This document shows positions 7,904 through 17,500 of a DNA stretch of 30,645 bases, piece by piece. Positions within the stretch are counted from its first letter, which is position 1, and each line of letters opens with the position of its first letter. A model generated the notes under the pieces. It had not been told where the DNA came from, did not search any database, and saw nothing but the letters and a program-made list of their open reading frames with translations. Origin of the DNA: a virus (lineage: Duplodnaviria > Caudoviricetes). A program made the position numbers and the translations under genes. Location: the IMG/VR virus record IMGVR_UViG_3300033487_000032, positions 1 to 30,645 of that record, one strand, 5' to 3'.

Positions 7904-8955
7904 GTGGTTAGTTTTGGCCCGAAGTTGGTGCTGTTCACACTAGAAATGGTCCACAGTGTATCTGTGGGATCCCGTTCCATTATCGACTGGTAGAAGATAT
8001 AATCTCCACCAACTCTTCTCTCTGTTCCATCCCCATACGTCCCACCACTTAACTTAGCTGTCATCGAAACTCCACGCGAACCTGAATCTATCTTCTTCGC
8101 GTAGAAGTTCATCATTACTCCCTTTACCTCTCCTGTCGTAGTAGGAAGATCGGGGAAGGTGTAAGTGTCTTTGGCATCTTCAGTTTGGGTGGTAATGTAA
8201 GTGGTGTCATCGTCTATACTGTCGTAAGGATCATCCACCAGCGCGTAGTTATCAGAACCTGTATTGCGGGTCCACTCCTTATCTACGTCTGCTGTGGGAA
8301 GTTGCTCCACCACACGAACATCACCAAGTTGATCCTTGTTATCATCTCCAGTATTGTCTGTAAGATAAAAATCGTCATACAGAATTATGCCAGGATAATC
8401 TGTTCGCTGCCAGCTCGCTGGTCCACCCAACGCAACTGCCTCAGCCACCGAATACGAGGATCCACTATTACTATTTATGTCAGATAGATTGAGCACCAGC
8501 ACTTCTTGCAACCACACTTTCGCTATGCCAGCGGACCCATGAAAACTCTGGATTTGAATTTCGACGTAATTATAGGCTTTGTTGCGAATGGGTGTGTTAG
8601 CGTACCATCTTACTTCACCTGACCAAAAATACAGGTTGAATGTCTCCGTTACACCCACACCACAAAGCCACGTCCCGCCCGATACGAATGAGATAATCAT
8701 ACCGGGGGCTGACACTAAACCATCCGTCGGTTTGTACGCAACCCCTGCCGTCACGTATCCAAGAGGTCCATTCGGCATGGCCTTGATGACTCTGCCCCAA
8801 GAATCACCATGCCCCATTGCATTTGTCTCAAACCTACCCTGGCCTTCGTAGATAGCTGGAGGTGAAACCCACGGAGTACCACCCGAAAAGTCCCACTTCT
8901 TATTTAACTGCGCGCTGTCGTAATGGTCAAAACCATCACTAAATATCAGAGCCAT
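7900..8955 (-). CDS. Putative tail receptor-binding/lectin-like protein (paralog 1)
   Basis: 351 aa. MALIFSDGFDHY, YNYVEIQI...YDDFYLTD, GDVRV...GSDNYALVDD...WTISSVNSTNFG. Confidence 0.72.
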   Translation of the reverse strand: MALIFSDGFDHYDSAQLNKKWDFSGGTPWVSPPAIYEGQGRFETNAMGHGDSWGRVIKAMPNGPLGYVTAGVAYKPTDGLVSAPGMIISFVSGGTWLCGVGVTETFNLYFWSGEVRWYANTPIRNKAYNYVEIQIQSFHGSAGIAKVWLQEVLVLNLSDINSNSGSSYSVAEAVALGGPASWQRTDYPGIILYDDFYLTDNTGDDNKDQLGDVRVVEQLPTADVDKEWTRNTGSDNYALVDDPYDSIDDDTTYITTQTEDAKDTYTFPDLPTTTGEVKGVMMNFYAKKIDSGSRGVSMTAKLSGGTYGDGTERRVGGDYIFYQSIMERDPTDTLWTISSVNSTNFGPKLTT

Positions 8956-8968
8956 ACTTTACCATCTA

Positions 8969-8993
8969 TCTTTGGAAATACGCTTATCGTACT
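8969..8993 (-). promoter_or_regulatory. 25-bp intergenic element, copy 1 (AGTACGATAAGCGTATTTCCAAAGA); candidate late promoter/operator
   Basis: Exact match to 21315..21339. It lies between the tip gene stop and the first paralog start. The repeat is observed; its function is inferred. Confidence 0.6.
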
Positions 8994-11900
8994 CAAACGG
9001 GTCTGTAGTCCCTGACAAACGCAACCACGTCCAACACATCTAACGGAGAGTAATACAGTGTGCCTAACCAATGACGTGTGTTGTTTTGTGGCACCAGCAT
9101 TACAGGATTTACGTCCTGATTAGAACTTTCGATGAAAGCGATGTCTAGTGTGATAGCCTTATCACCAGTATCCGCCTGTTCAATGATCCACGCAACTGGC
9201 TGTCCGCAATACGTTAAACCTGTAGGTTTGTCAAGGATGAAGTTTTCAGTCGCCTTGATATAAAAGACCGTGCCCAAACTTGCATCCGTAGAAACATGAC
9301 CGGCCACGATGGGTAAAGTGGTGCAGCCGCTCTGTGTGGGGAAGCCTTCTTTGATATCCCCCATTATAGAACATTTGTTATCGTCTGCTCTAGACCACAG
9401 ATTGTCGAACCACACTCTACCTATGAGAATGGAGGGGTCTGTTGCTGGTGGTACTTTAATTGGAGGGCTGGTAAATACTTGCTGGGTCTTGTCTCCACCC
9501 ACCTTCCAATAACTTAACTCAGACATCCCTCCACCGAGTTCATCACCGAAGAAGCCGTCGCCAACCCACGTGTTTGGCATCTTGACGACTTTAATACGAA
9601 TATCGGTGGTGTCGCCGGTCAGGGGAACAAATGCCCCATCCACCTCTATCCATGTAGCAGTGGTAGGATCTCCACCCTCAATCGCACTTACTGTGCCCCA
9701 TTCGCAATAGTGGACACTGAAATCTCCAGCTGTTACATCACATATTATGAGATCACCAATATGCGTGGTACCAAAACCACTACCACTGTCCCTCGTTATT
9801 CTCTTACCACCAAGCGAGAGCGTGTGACTAATTGCGCTGCCATCGTAATAGGTTGGTGCGGTTGATGTACCAGCATCAACATCGTATGCACCACCAACAG
9901 AGCCATCCTTAATCTGTGCGGCCATCCACCATATTCTACTGCCATTTATTTTGGGGCGTGTGGCACATACGCAGTAGGTATCAGGTTGCGGCCCATATAT
10001 TAACCACACACTCCAATTAGATGGAGGACCGTCATCCGCGCTATCTGCTTTCTCAGTGTCGACAAAATCAACAACAGCACTGGGTGTTTCATTCCCATCC
10101 GTCCACAACGACCACCCAATGTTATTCTTCAACCTACCTACGCAGTACCATCTACCATGGTCTGTGCTCGTCCAGAACCAATTAGCTCCTTTATAAGTTC
10201 CAGGGATACTTTGGATGTGGAGCTTGGTGGTTCCATTAGGTGTCCATGAGCCACCTTCAGACGCCAGCCTCATATCTACAGGACTGACATCTGAGCCAAT
10301 AGGAAAGTACTGCGCACGGAACTCACCTTCAAACACTGATGCAGTGTAGGCGTCAGAATACCATCCGGCGCGTATCGCCAACCCAGTGGCGTTAAGCACC
10401 ATGTGGACACCGGATGTAACTTGGTCTTTCCCCTCTCCTATTGTTTTGGGGCCTGCAGTTAACCGTGTGCCCACGCCAAAAGTATTGCGCGCATACACTG
10501 TGCCATAAAACGTGCCGTTCGGGGCGGGAATTGGTGGTGTGCGCCAAATCTCCGCTTCCTTGACAAACGTATCAACAGGGAACTGTGCGTAGACACTATT
10601 AGTAGTATCTCCACCTGTCCCCGTATGCCAGAATCTCTTTATGACAGCGTAACTGAAATCTCCACTCTTACTAAACGCTTTAGAGATAACAAAGTTATCC
10701 GCACCATGTCCTGTAATGATGTCTGCGTCAAGGTCAGAGTCAGGATCGCCATCAGGCGTATATATGCACAAGACTCGAGCTTGAACGTCTGGATCATCTC
10801 CACCAGGCCTTGTTGCCTGAACGGTGGTTTCACCCGCTGTAACGTGACACGTTCCTACCTCTATAACTTCGTCAGAGTGGGCGGTGCGTTCCGCAGAATA
10901 CGGACCTTCACCTGGCATATCTACTGAAAGGATACAAGCTACCGCGTATATAGAAGAGTAGTTTGCGGTGTCACGGTGGAACTGAAATACTACATGACCT
11001 GTAGGGATGGTTGCGTCATCCGTCGTGGTCAACATCTGAAGGTCATGAGCACCAGAAGGATTAGCACCATCTGTAGAACCATCAACCAGAACACACTGAC
11101 GAGGATACTTAAAATTATCCGCAGAATCCTTTGTCTGCGGGTCAGGGACACCTCCCGCCAAATTTTGACTAAGGGCGGCAAAGCACTCCAGCTTATTGGT
11201 GATCTCATAATAGATTGTACCTGGAGCCCTAATAATTTCAGTAACAAATCTCCAGTCATTTACTGGTTGACCCAGACTGTCTGTGGTCGACCGCTCAATA
11301 ACAACATCCTTAAACCCATTCCTCTCCTCCATCCTTATAACACTGAGCAGAGCATTATCAGCAACATCAAACTCCAGCCCAATATCTAATGGAAGAGTAC
11401 CAGCCCCACCAGATAACGTAACGTCGCTGGTGAGATGATAATGGCGGATGTGGCCTTCTATTCTGAGGGTGTCTCCGAGCTTGAGAGCGAGATCAGTTGG
11501 CGTGATACCATCAACATCAATCGTCTCGTCGTTTTGAGAAGCACTACCAGCAGCCGCTCCCCTATACTCCCCAGGCTCATCGTATGTGAAGGTAATTTTG
11601 GCGTGCGGGATTCCGTGTCTGTCATAAACACCCTGCTCCAAAACTTGAAAATTTGTTACCGCCGGGGCTTCTTGGTTAAATCCTCCGGGAATACCATGAC
11701 GAGTAAGATCAGTACAAGTAAAAGCAGTATCATCATATATGGCATTATCGTGTAGTGTACAGGCAATCTTCCGCTTGAACAGGAACCCGCCACCCTCGAC
11801 ATCTACCGATTCATCTTCCATATTAACGATGCGGAAAAATGCCTCGTTAACAGGATCTAATAGTGCGTCCTCAACCTGTATAAGGTCACCGAGTTCTAAG

Positions 11901-14074
11901 TCAGAGGTATCTTTATAAAAAGCATCAAAGATGATCGTAAGATTATTGGCGGTGCCACCCTTGGCAAAGTCTCCAGCCCTCAGCACCAATGTGCCGATTC
12001 GTGCTGCTTCATCTATTGTTGTGACCCCAGGAAGGTCCAACGTCCTGGTGATAGCTTTAAGAGAGTTATCACCAAGCACTGCACCGACGTGCGTCTGCGC
12101 TTCTCTATCAGCAAGAACTAACTGTGTTTTGATCCACTGGCCATTCTCATACGCAACAAAATTAACCTTAACTTCATTAGGAACTTCAAGCATCGACTTT
12201 CTGTTTTTTGTAAGTGTCGATGCCCCATCACGATCAATAAGAATGTTTCGAGATGTGCCAGAAGTAGAAGAAAAGATTGGAAGATCATCTATGGACTCCT
12301 GCTTCAGCATCTTGATTTTGTACTTACCATCTTTGTCTAAGAAAGGTGGTAGACAATACATGCCGGTACAGATAATCCGTTCGTGTTCTTGGAAGCTTTT
12401 CTTTCCATCAATGGCACCATTAAAGGTCCATCGAGGAACACTACTACCGTCAACAACGCTTGTCACCGTTTCAGCGCAGTAAGTGCGGGCGTCTATAAAA
12501 GACTGGATATTTACACGAGAGTAAGCTAACCCGCCGCCGGCACGCTTGCTTGTCTCATAATCAAACAAAACGTCTGCGGGGCTTGTAGTGGGTTTGAATG
12601 TGTAAGCAGAAGGTGTGGTATAAACCCTCACACATCTTCCATAACGAATCTCGAAGTCACCATCTACTTGTCCCGTTGCACAATCTACTGCACCAGATCC
12701 AGATGAATTATTGTCCTCCTTTATTCTAACCATGACCATCGCTGTACCAGCGAATTGGTTCATGTAGTTAGTAAACTCAGGCACCCCCGAAAAAGGTGGT
12801 GGGGGCTGATCCATGTATCCACCACTTATCCATATCCCCCAACCCGCCCTTGGATCATGCCTTCTCTTGCCATTTACATATATGGCCTCCATACCGTCGG
12901 CTGCGACGGCATAGGCGTTCATCGGATTATCTTGGTTGCCGTTACTTGCGTTGCAAGCTAACGTACCTTCGCACACCGCAAACAACGCACAAACGAAAAC
13001 CTGATCTTCTCCTGCTTTCCCCTCATTCCTTGCAACCAACAGAGGAGGATCGAGAAGTCTGCAACGACCATAAATGAGAGGAATGGTCTTTCCGTAAGCA
13101 CTCTCATTTCCTGCAAACGAAATAGAGGTCTTAGCCCAAATGCTAAGATCCCTCATCTTATATCTACCAGTTACCTGGCCTGTTATGAGGGGAAATCCCC
13201 CGAAGTAGTTGCGTCTGTAGGTAGAACCACCTGAGGAATATGTATCACTGGTATTGTTACCATACATCCCGCGTCGTTTACAAGCGGCCACGGTATAATG
13301 ACAATTTGAGAAAAGAACTGTGGTACCTGAAATGTGGGAGGTAATAGTTGTTCCACGTTGTCCTCTTATAGCAGTAACATTGCCGCTCCCGACGGCCGTG
13401 ATCCGCATAATCTCATTGTCGAGCTTTATTTCATCATCTAGTCTGTAAAGCTGACTGTCGGGAAGAGCGGTGTGGGTAAAGGTAACTGGATCGTCACTGT
13501 CGTTAATTCCTTCTGATGTTGTGGTGACGAATCCCACAGTGGATACATTTCTATAAGGACATTCACTCCCATCGAAGTCTGTACTATCGTGGCTGGCGTC
13601 ATGCGCAGCGAACACCCACGGACAACTTGCCTGAATAGTTCGCTTGGGTATTTCTGTGCGGATGGTTGGGTTGCCTGAATAGGCGACCAACGTAGCGTCT
13701 TTGACCGAAAGTTCGCGGAGATCATCGGCCCATCCTATCCATTTTACATGAGCCAGAGGTGTGACAGGATCATCCAGATATTCAATGAGTTCAACCTTCG
13801 CACCTAAGAAAGAGATAGTTCTTTCTAGTGTGGTGAACTCACCATCAACATTCGCTAATACAATGCTGATTTCGCCTGAATCTGCGATTGTCTGGGGGAT
13901 GCGAGATATGTCTAAGACTTTCGGGAGGTAAGCATGCCCACCATAGGTGATGGCGCGCTCTGCGTAATACTTTACGAGCGTAGAAGATAGAGTAATGCGG
14001 ACGAGATAAAAAATCCCTGCGACAAGAGTTGCATCAAGTTTGGCCTTGATGCCAGCGTCAATTCCACGAGGCAT
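8993..14074 (-). CDS. Tail tip/hub protein: lambda gpL-like N-terminal part fused to a gpJ-like tip attachment/central fibre region
   Basis: 1693 aa, located after the tape measure and distal tail genes. Cys cluster SCPW..ECPY..CHYTVAAC ends in YFGGFP. It is followed by IPLIYGR, SPADVLFDY...GGL...SF..A..YC and PNEVKVNF hub motifs, then a beta-rich C-terminal region. Confidence 0.8.
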   Translation of the reverse strand: MPRGIDAGIKAKLDATLVAGIFYLVRITLSSTLVKYYAERAITYGGHAYLPKVLDISRIPQTIADSGEISIVLANVDGEFTTLERTISFLGAKVELIEYLDDPVTPLAHVKWIGWADDLRELSVKDATLVAYSGNPTIRTEIPKRTIQASCPWVFAAHDASHDSTDFDGSECPYRNVSTVGFVTTTSEGINDSDDPVTFTHTALPDSQLYRLDDEIKLDNEIMRITAVGSGNVTAIRGQRGTTITSHISGTTVLFSNCHYTVAACKRRGMYGNNTSDTYSSGGSTYRRNYFGGFPLITGQVTGRYKMRDLSIWAKTSISFAGNESAYGKTIPLIYGRCRLLDPPLLVARNEGKAGEDQVFVCALFAVCEGTLACNASNGNQDNPMNAYAVAADGMEAIYVNGKRRHDPRAGWGIWISGGYMDQPPPPFSGVPEFTNYMNQFAGTAMVMVRIKEDNNSSGSGAVDCATGQVDGDFEIRYGRCVRVYTTPSAYTFKPTTSPADVLFDYETSKRAGGGLAYSRVNIQSFIDARTYCAETVTSVVDGSSVPRWTFNGAIDGKKSFQEHERIICTGMYCLPPFLDKDGKYKIKMLKQESIDDLPIFSSTSGTSRNILIDRDGASTLTKNRKSMLEVPNEVKVNFVAYENGQWIKTQLVLADREAQTHVGAVLGDNSLKAITRTLDLPGVTTIDEAARIGTLVLRAGDFAKGGTANNLTIIFDAFYKDTSDLELGDLIQVEDALLDPVNEAFFRIVNMEDESVDVEGGGFLFKRKIACTLHDNAIYDDTAFTCTDLTRHGIPGGFNQEAPAVTNFQVLEQGVYDRHGIPHAKITFTYDEPGEYRGAAAGSASQNDETIDVDGITPTDLALKLGDTLRIEGHIRHYHLTSDVTLSGGAGTLPLDIGLEFDVADNALLSVIRMEERNGFKDVVIERSTTDSLGQPVNDWRFVTEIIRAPGTIYYEITNKLECFAALSQNLAGGVPDPQTKDSADNFKYPRQCVLVDGSTDGANPSGAHDLQMLTTTDDATIPTGHVVFQFHRDTANYSSIYAVACILSVDMPGEGPYSAERTAHSDEVIEVGTCHVTAGETTVQATRPGGDDPDVQARVLCIYTPDGDPDSDLDADIITGHGADNFVISKAFSKSGDFSYAVIKRFWHTGTGGDTTNSVYAQFPVDTFVKEAEIWRTPPIPAPNGTFYGTVYARNTFGVGTRLTAGPKTIGEGKDQVTSGVHMVLNATGLAIRAGWYSDAYTASVFEGEFRAQYFPIGSDVSPVDMRLASEGGSWTPNGTTKLHIQSIPGTYKGANWFWTSTDHGRWYCVGRLKNNIGWSLWTDGNETPSAVVDFVDTEKADSADDGPPSNWSVWLIYGPQPDTYCVCATRPKINGSRIWWMAAQIKDGSVGGAYDVDAGTSTAPTYYDGSAISHTLSLGGKRITRDSGSGFGTTHIGDLIICDVTAGDFSVHYCEWGTVSAIEGGDPTTATWIEVDGAFVPLTGDTTDIRIKVVKMPNTWVGDGFFGDELGGGMSELSYWKVGGDKTQQVFTSPPIKVPPATDPSILIGRVWFDNLWSRADDNKCSIMGDIKEGFPTQSGCTTLPIVAGHVSTDASLGTVFYIKATENFILDKPTGLTYCGQPVAWIIEQADTGDKAITLDIAFIESSNQDVNPVMLVPQNNTRHWLGTLYYSPLDVLDVVAFVRDYRPV

Positions 14075-14075
14075 A

Positions 14076-14516
14076 CTATGCTCGAACTTCTACTAGGCTC
14101 AAGCCGACGTTGTACACGTGCCATACAAAATTATCTCGTGACAGGTTCGCGTCGGCGAAACGAACCAGATAGCGACCAGTGGTGCTGTTTCCTGTGGGGT
14201 CGATAGCAGCCTCGACCGGATTGTAGAAATAGAATGACTCATAACTGCCCAAACGCGCAACATAAAAAGACCACAGTTTGTTTGCAAGTTCGGTAGAGCT
14301 ATTGTTAACATGGCGTAAATGCGTAAGCTGAAGTGTGAAATAGTTCAGCCCTTTGTATGATGTGTAACCACCTAACCCGTCCGCTCTACTCCCCCACGAC
14401 AGGTTTTTGTTAACTCTCTGCTCAAACCCATCCCCCATCTCCGCTATAAAATTGTGAAAGCGAATCTCATGCGTAAGATTGTATGAGGGCGGAATAGGAA
14501 AGACTGCTGTCGGCAT
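14076..14516 (-). CDS. Distal tail protein (lambda gpM/DUF2460-like)
   Basis: 146 aa directly after the tape measure, with a GDGFEQR motif, ESFYFYNP, YLVRF and a terminal LVEV. Confidence 0.78.
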   Translation of the reverse strand: MPTAVFPIPPSYNLTHEIRFHNFIAEMGDGFEQRVNKNLSWGSRADGLGGYTSYKGLNYFTLQLTHLRHVNNSSTELANKLWSFYVARLGSYESFYFYNPVEAAIDPTGNSTTGRYLVRFADANLSRDNFVWHVYNVGLSLVEVRA

Positions 14517-14517
14517 A

Positions 14518-17500
14518 TTATGTCTCCCCTAATACAGTCTGTTGCATGGCTTGGCGCTGGGTTGTGTTTGTCTGTAAAGTCCTGTTAACAGATGTGAGAA
14601 TTGCCACACCTGCAGTCCTAGATCCCTCTGCCACAACCACTCCCGCCGGCCTCGTTTCCCAACCAGACAATGTACCATTCATGCGATCCATTGTTTCCGC
14701 GATGCGCTTGAACATCTGGTTCTGTTGCTGGAAATAAGGCTCCATGTAAACGGTTCGTGTTTCGGTGGGCTTCGTGGGTTCTACGGACGCGGCGGTTGCG
14801 CCTTTGCTTGCTCGTCCACCTTGACCACCCATCAACGCTGAGATCCCGTATATGACGCCAGCGAGCGCAATCAAAGCTGCACCTTTTGCAAGTAACGCAG
14901 GATTGGGTGGGAAGATGCCCTCTGCTATCGCAGCTAAACCTTTAGCCAACACGTAATCGCCGAATGTTTTCACAACACCGGCCATGATCTTCTTCAGGGC
15001 TTTGCCAAAACTTTCCGTGCCGGCGACCGCAGCTCCAATCGCCTGTGCGATAGCAACACCAGCGATCTGCGTTAATTGAACAACCGTTTGTTCAGCGTCA
15101 CCCAACTCAAACAACGCCACAATCAATCTTTGTGTAGATTGTTCAACGGAGGGTATCTCGAATACGATAGAAGCTATGGCGTCAAGAAAATCATTCATCT
15201 GACGTTGTGCATCCGCAGCAGCTTCCTGGAGAGATTTTAACGCATCTTCGTATCTCTTTAGTTCCTCTCCCGTAGCTCCCTTGTCTATTTCAGCTTGAAT
15301 GAGCTTCTGCCATTTAAGAACATCTTCTTGAGAGTCTTTGACTTTCTTGTACGCTTCTCTAATCTTCTCCATCGCATCGCCCCAAGAGCCAATACCTTTC
15401 TTGGCCATCTCAAGCAATACCAGAGCACGTTCCATCTCTGCATTTGCTTGACGATAGTTGTCTATGGCGACACGAGCATTTCTAACATTCTTCTCCGCTT
15501 CTGCCAGCCGCTTCTGTTTTTCGTAAAGCTCATCGTTGAGATCCAGGAACCACAACATCAGTTCAATCTTCTCATTATAGACATCAACGATTCTCTGCTC
15601 TTCCGCGAAATGTGCGGCCTCAGCCGATCGCACTTCATCAAACTGACCGTTTATTCTTTCAAGCGCAACCGCCATTCTCAGATACTCGTCCGTAATCATC
15701 CGAGTCTTGGCGGCTTCAGCCTCACGATTCGCGACCTTGGTAGCCCGTTCAATAAGATCGGGCATTCGATCGTACTCTATTTCAGCGTCTTTAATTGCCC
15801 GCAGTCTTTGCAATTCAATAGAGTAGAGAGTTTCTGACCCAGCACGCATCTGCTCAATCCGAACAGCACTATCATCTTCCGCACGAGTAATGTTGATCTC
15901 TCGTTGGATGCGCAACTGCTTCAACATCTCCTCGTTGGCTTCTTTTCTCTTCTTTATTATCTCCTCTTCATCAGGCCCAACCTTCGCCACTTCTGAAGCC
16001 AAATCTAATCTAGCCTGTCGTTCTGCCTTAGACTCTCCGCTACCCATCCCAGTCTTGACCGCGGTTGCGACGGGCTTAACAGCAGCGGCTGTTTGCTGTG
16101 CGTTAACGGCGGCTTCCGCCTCTGCCTTAATGTTGCTCAGTCTCTGCTTATGGCAGGACATTTCATAGGCCATCCGCTGTTGTTCCGCACTCATCACAGT
16201 CTTATGCGCGGATAGCATTGCATCTTGTGTTTCCTGAACTGCCTGAGTCTGAGCCTGACCTGCTTGTAACTTGAGGGCGTTGATCTTTTGGTCTGCTGCG
16301 TAGCCGGCGGCTGCGATCGTGGGCGCATGAGCCACCATCATGTCTCTGGTCTGCATCAGACCAATAAGCTCACGCATTGAAGTAACCTGCCGTTCCGTGG
16401 CTTCCGCGATCCTATTGTTTGCGTCAATCACTTCTACCGATATCTTGAAAGGAACGACAGCAGCTCTCGCAGCAGCTTTCCGCTTTTCTGCGGATAACGT
16501 AGCTGACAACTCTTCGTTGATAGCTGAGAGGGTGTTAGTGTGCGCGGACATCATCAACGCATCACTATTCTTCGCATGGTATTCCTTCAACCGCTCCATC
16601 AAATCTGTCAAAGAAATGTTGGTGCGGATGGCCTCAGCTTCTGCTGCATACGAACGTAATCTGATGTCGGAAGTACGTTGAACTGCCAACGCCTCTTCTT
16701 CGGCTCTGACTGGCGCGTGTGCCGACAACATATCACGCTGCCCCAATAAACTGATGACTTCTCGAAGCGAAACGGCCTGTTGGTTTTGGGCTTCTGTGAT
16801 TCTCGTCGTAGTGTCAACAGCGTCTGTAGCAGCGCGAGCAACAGGAGCAGCAGCACGTGCTTCATTTTTCTGCCTTTCTGCTGTCAATGTCGCAGCCACT
16901 TCAGTTTGAAGTGACTTGAGAGTGTCTGCGTGGGCAGCCAACATCTGATTTCTGTTATCTTGGATCTGGAGTGCCTTCAGGCGGTTGACAAGCGATGACA
17001 TCCGCTCAGTGTTGCGAAGGGCATCTTCCTCCTCACGATACATACTCAGCTTGGTGGTGGCGAGGGTGCGCAAAGATGCGAACTCATCTTCAATCTGTTG
17101 AGCTGTGTGCGCTACCATCATATCTCGCTGACCCAACAGATCCAAAAGGGATCTTAACGAAATAGTCTGGCGAGACTGAGCATCTGCGATCTTATCATTT
17201 GCCTCGACCACAGTTGGGTCTACACGCATGATAGGTGCGGCGGCGCGTACTTCAGCCTTCTGTCTCTCTGCGGCGATTGTTTCAAGCAGCTCACGATTGA
17301 TTGCGCGGATAGTATCGTCGTGCGCAGACATCATTTTGAGGCGATTTTCGTCAATCTGCGAGGATTTTTGCGCTGCGGCGGATGCGTTCAGACGCATTAA
17401 ATCTTGAATGGCTGAGGACTCAGCATGCGCAGACATCATCTTGAGATCTGCCACACGCTTTGTTTCATCTGCTTCAACAGCCAGATAATTTCTTATCTCG

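Noticed and set aside
1-8955. Diversity-generating retroelement or shufflon acting on the tail genes
   Set aside because: No reverse transcriptase, invertase, inverted cassette or adenine-specific TR/VR pair is visible. All paralogs are full-length and same-strand. Such elements outside the window cannot be excluded.
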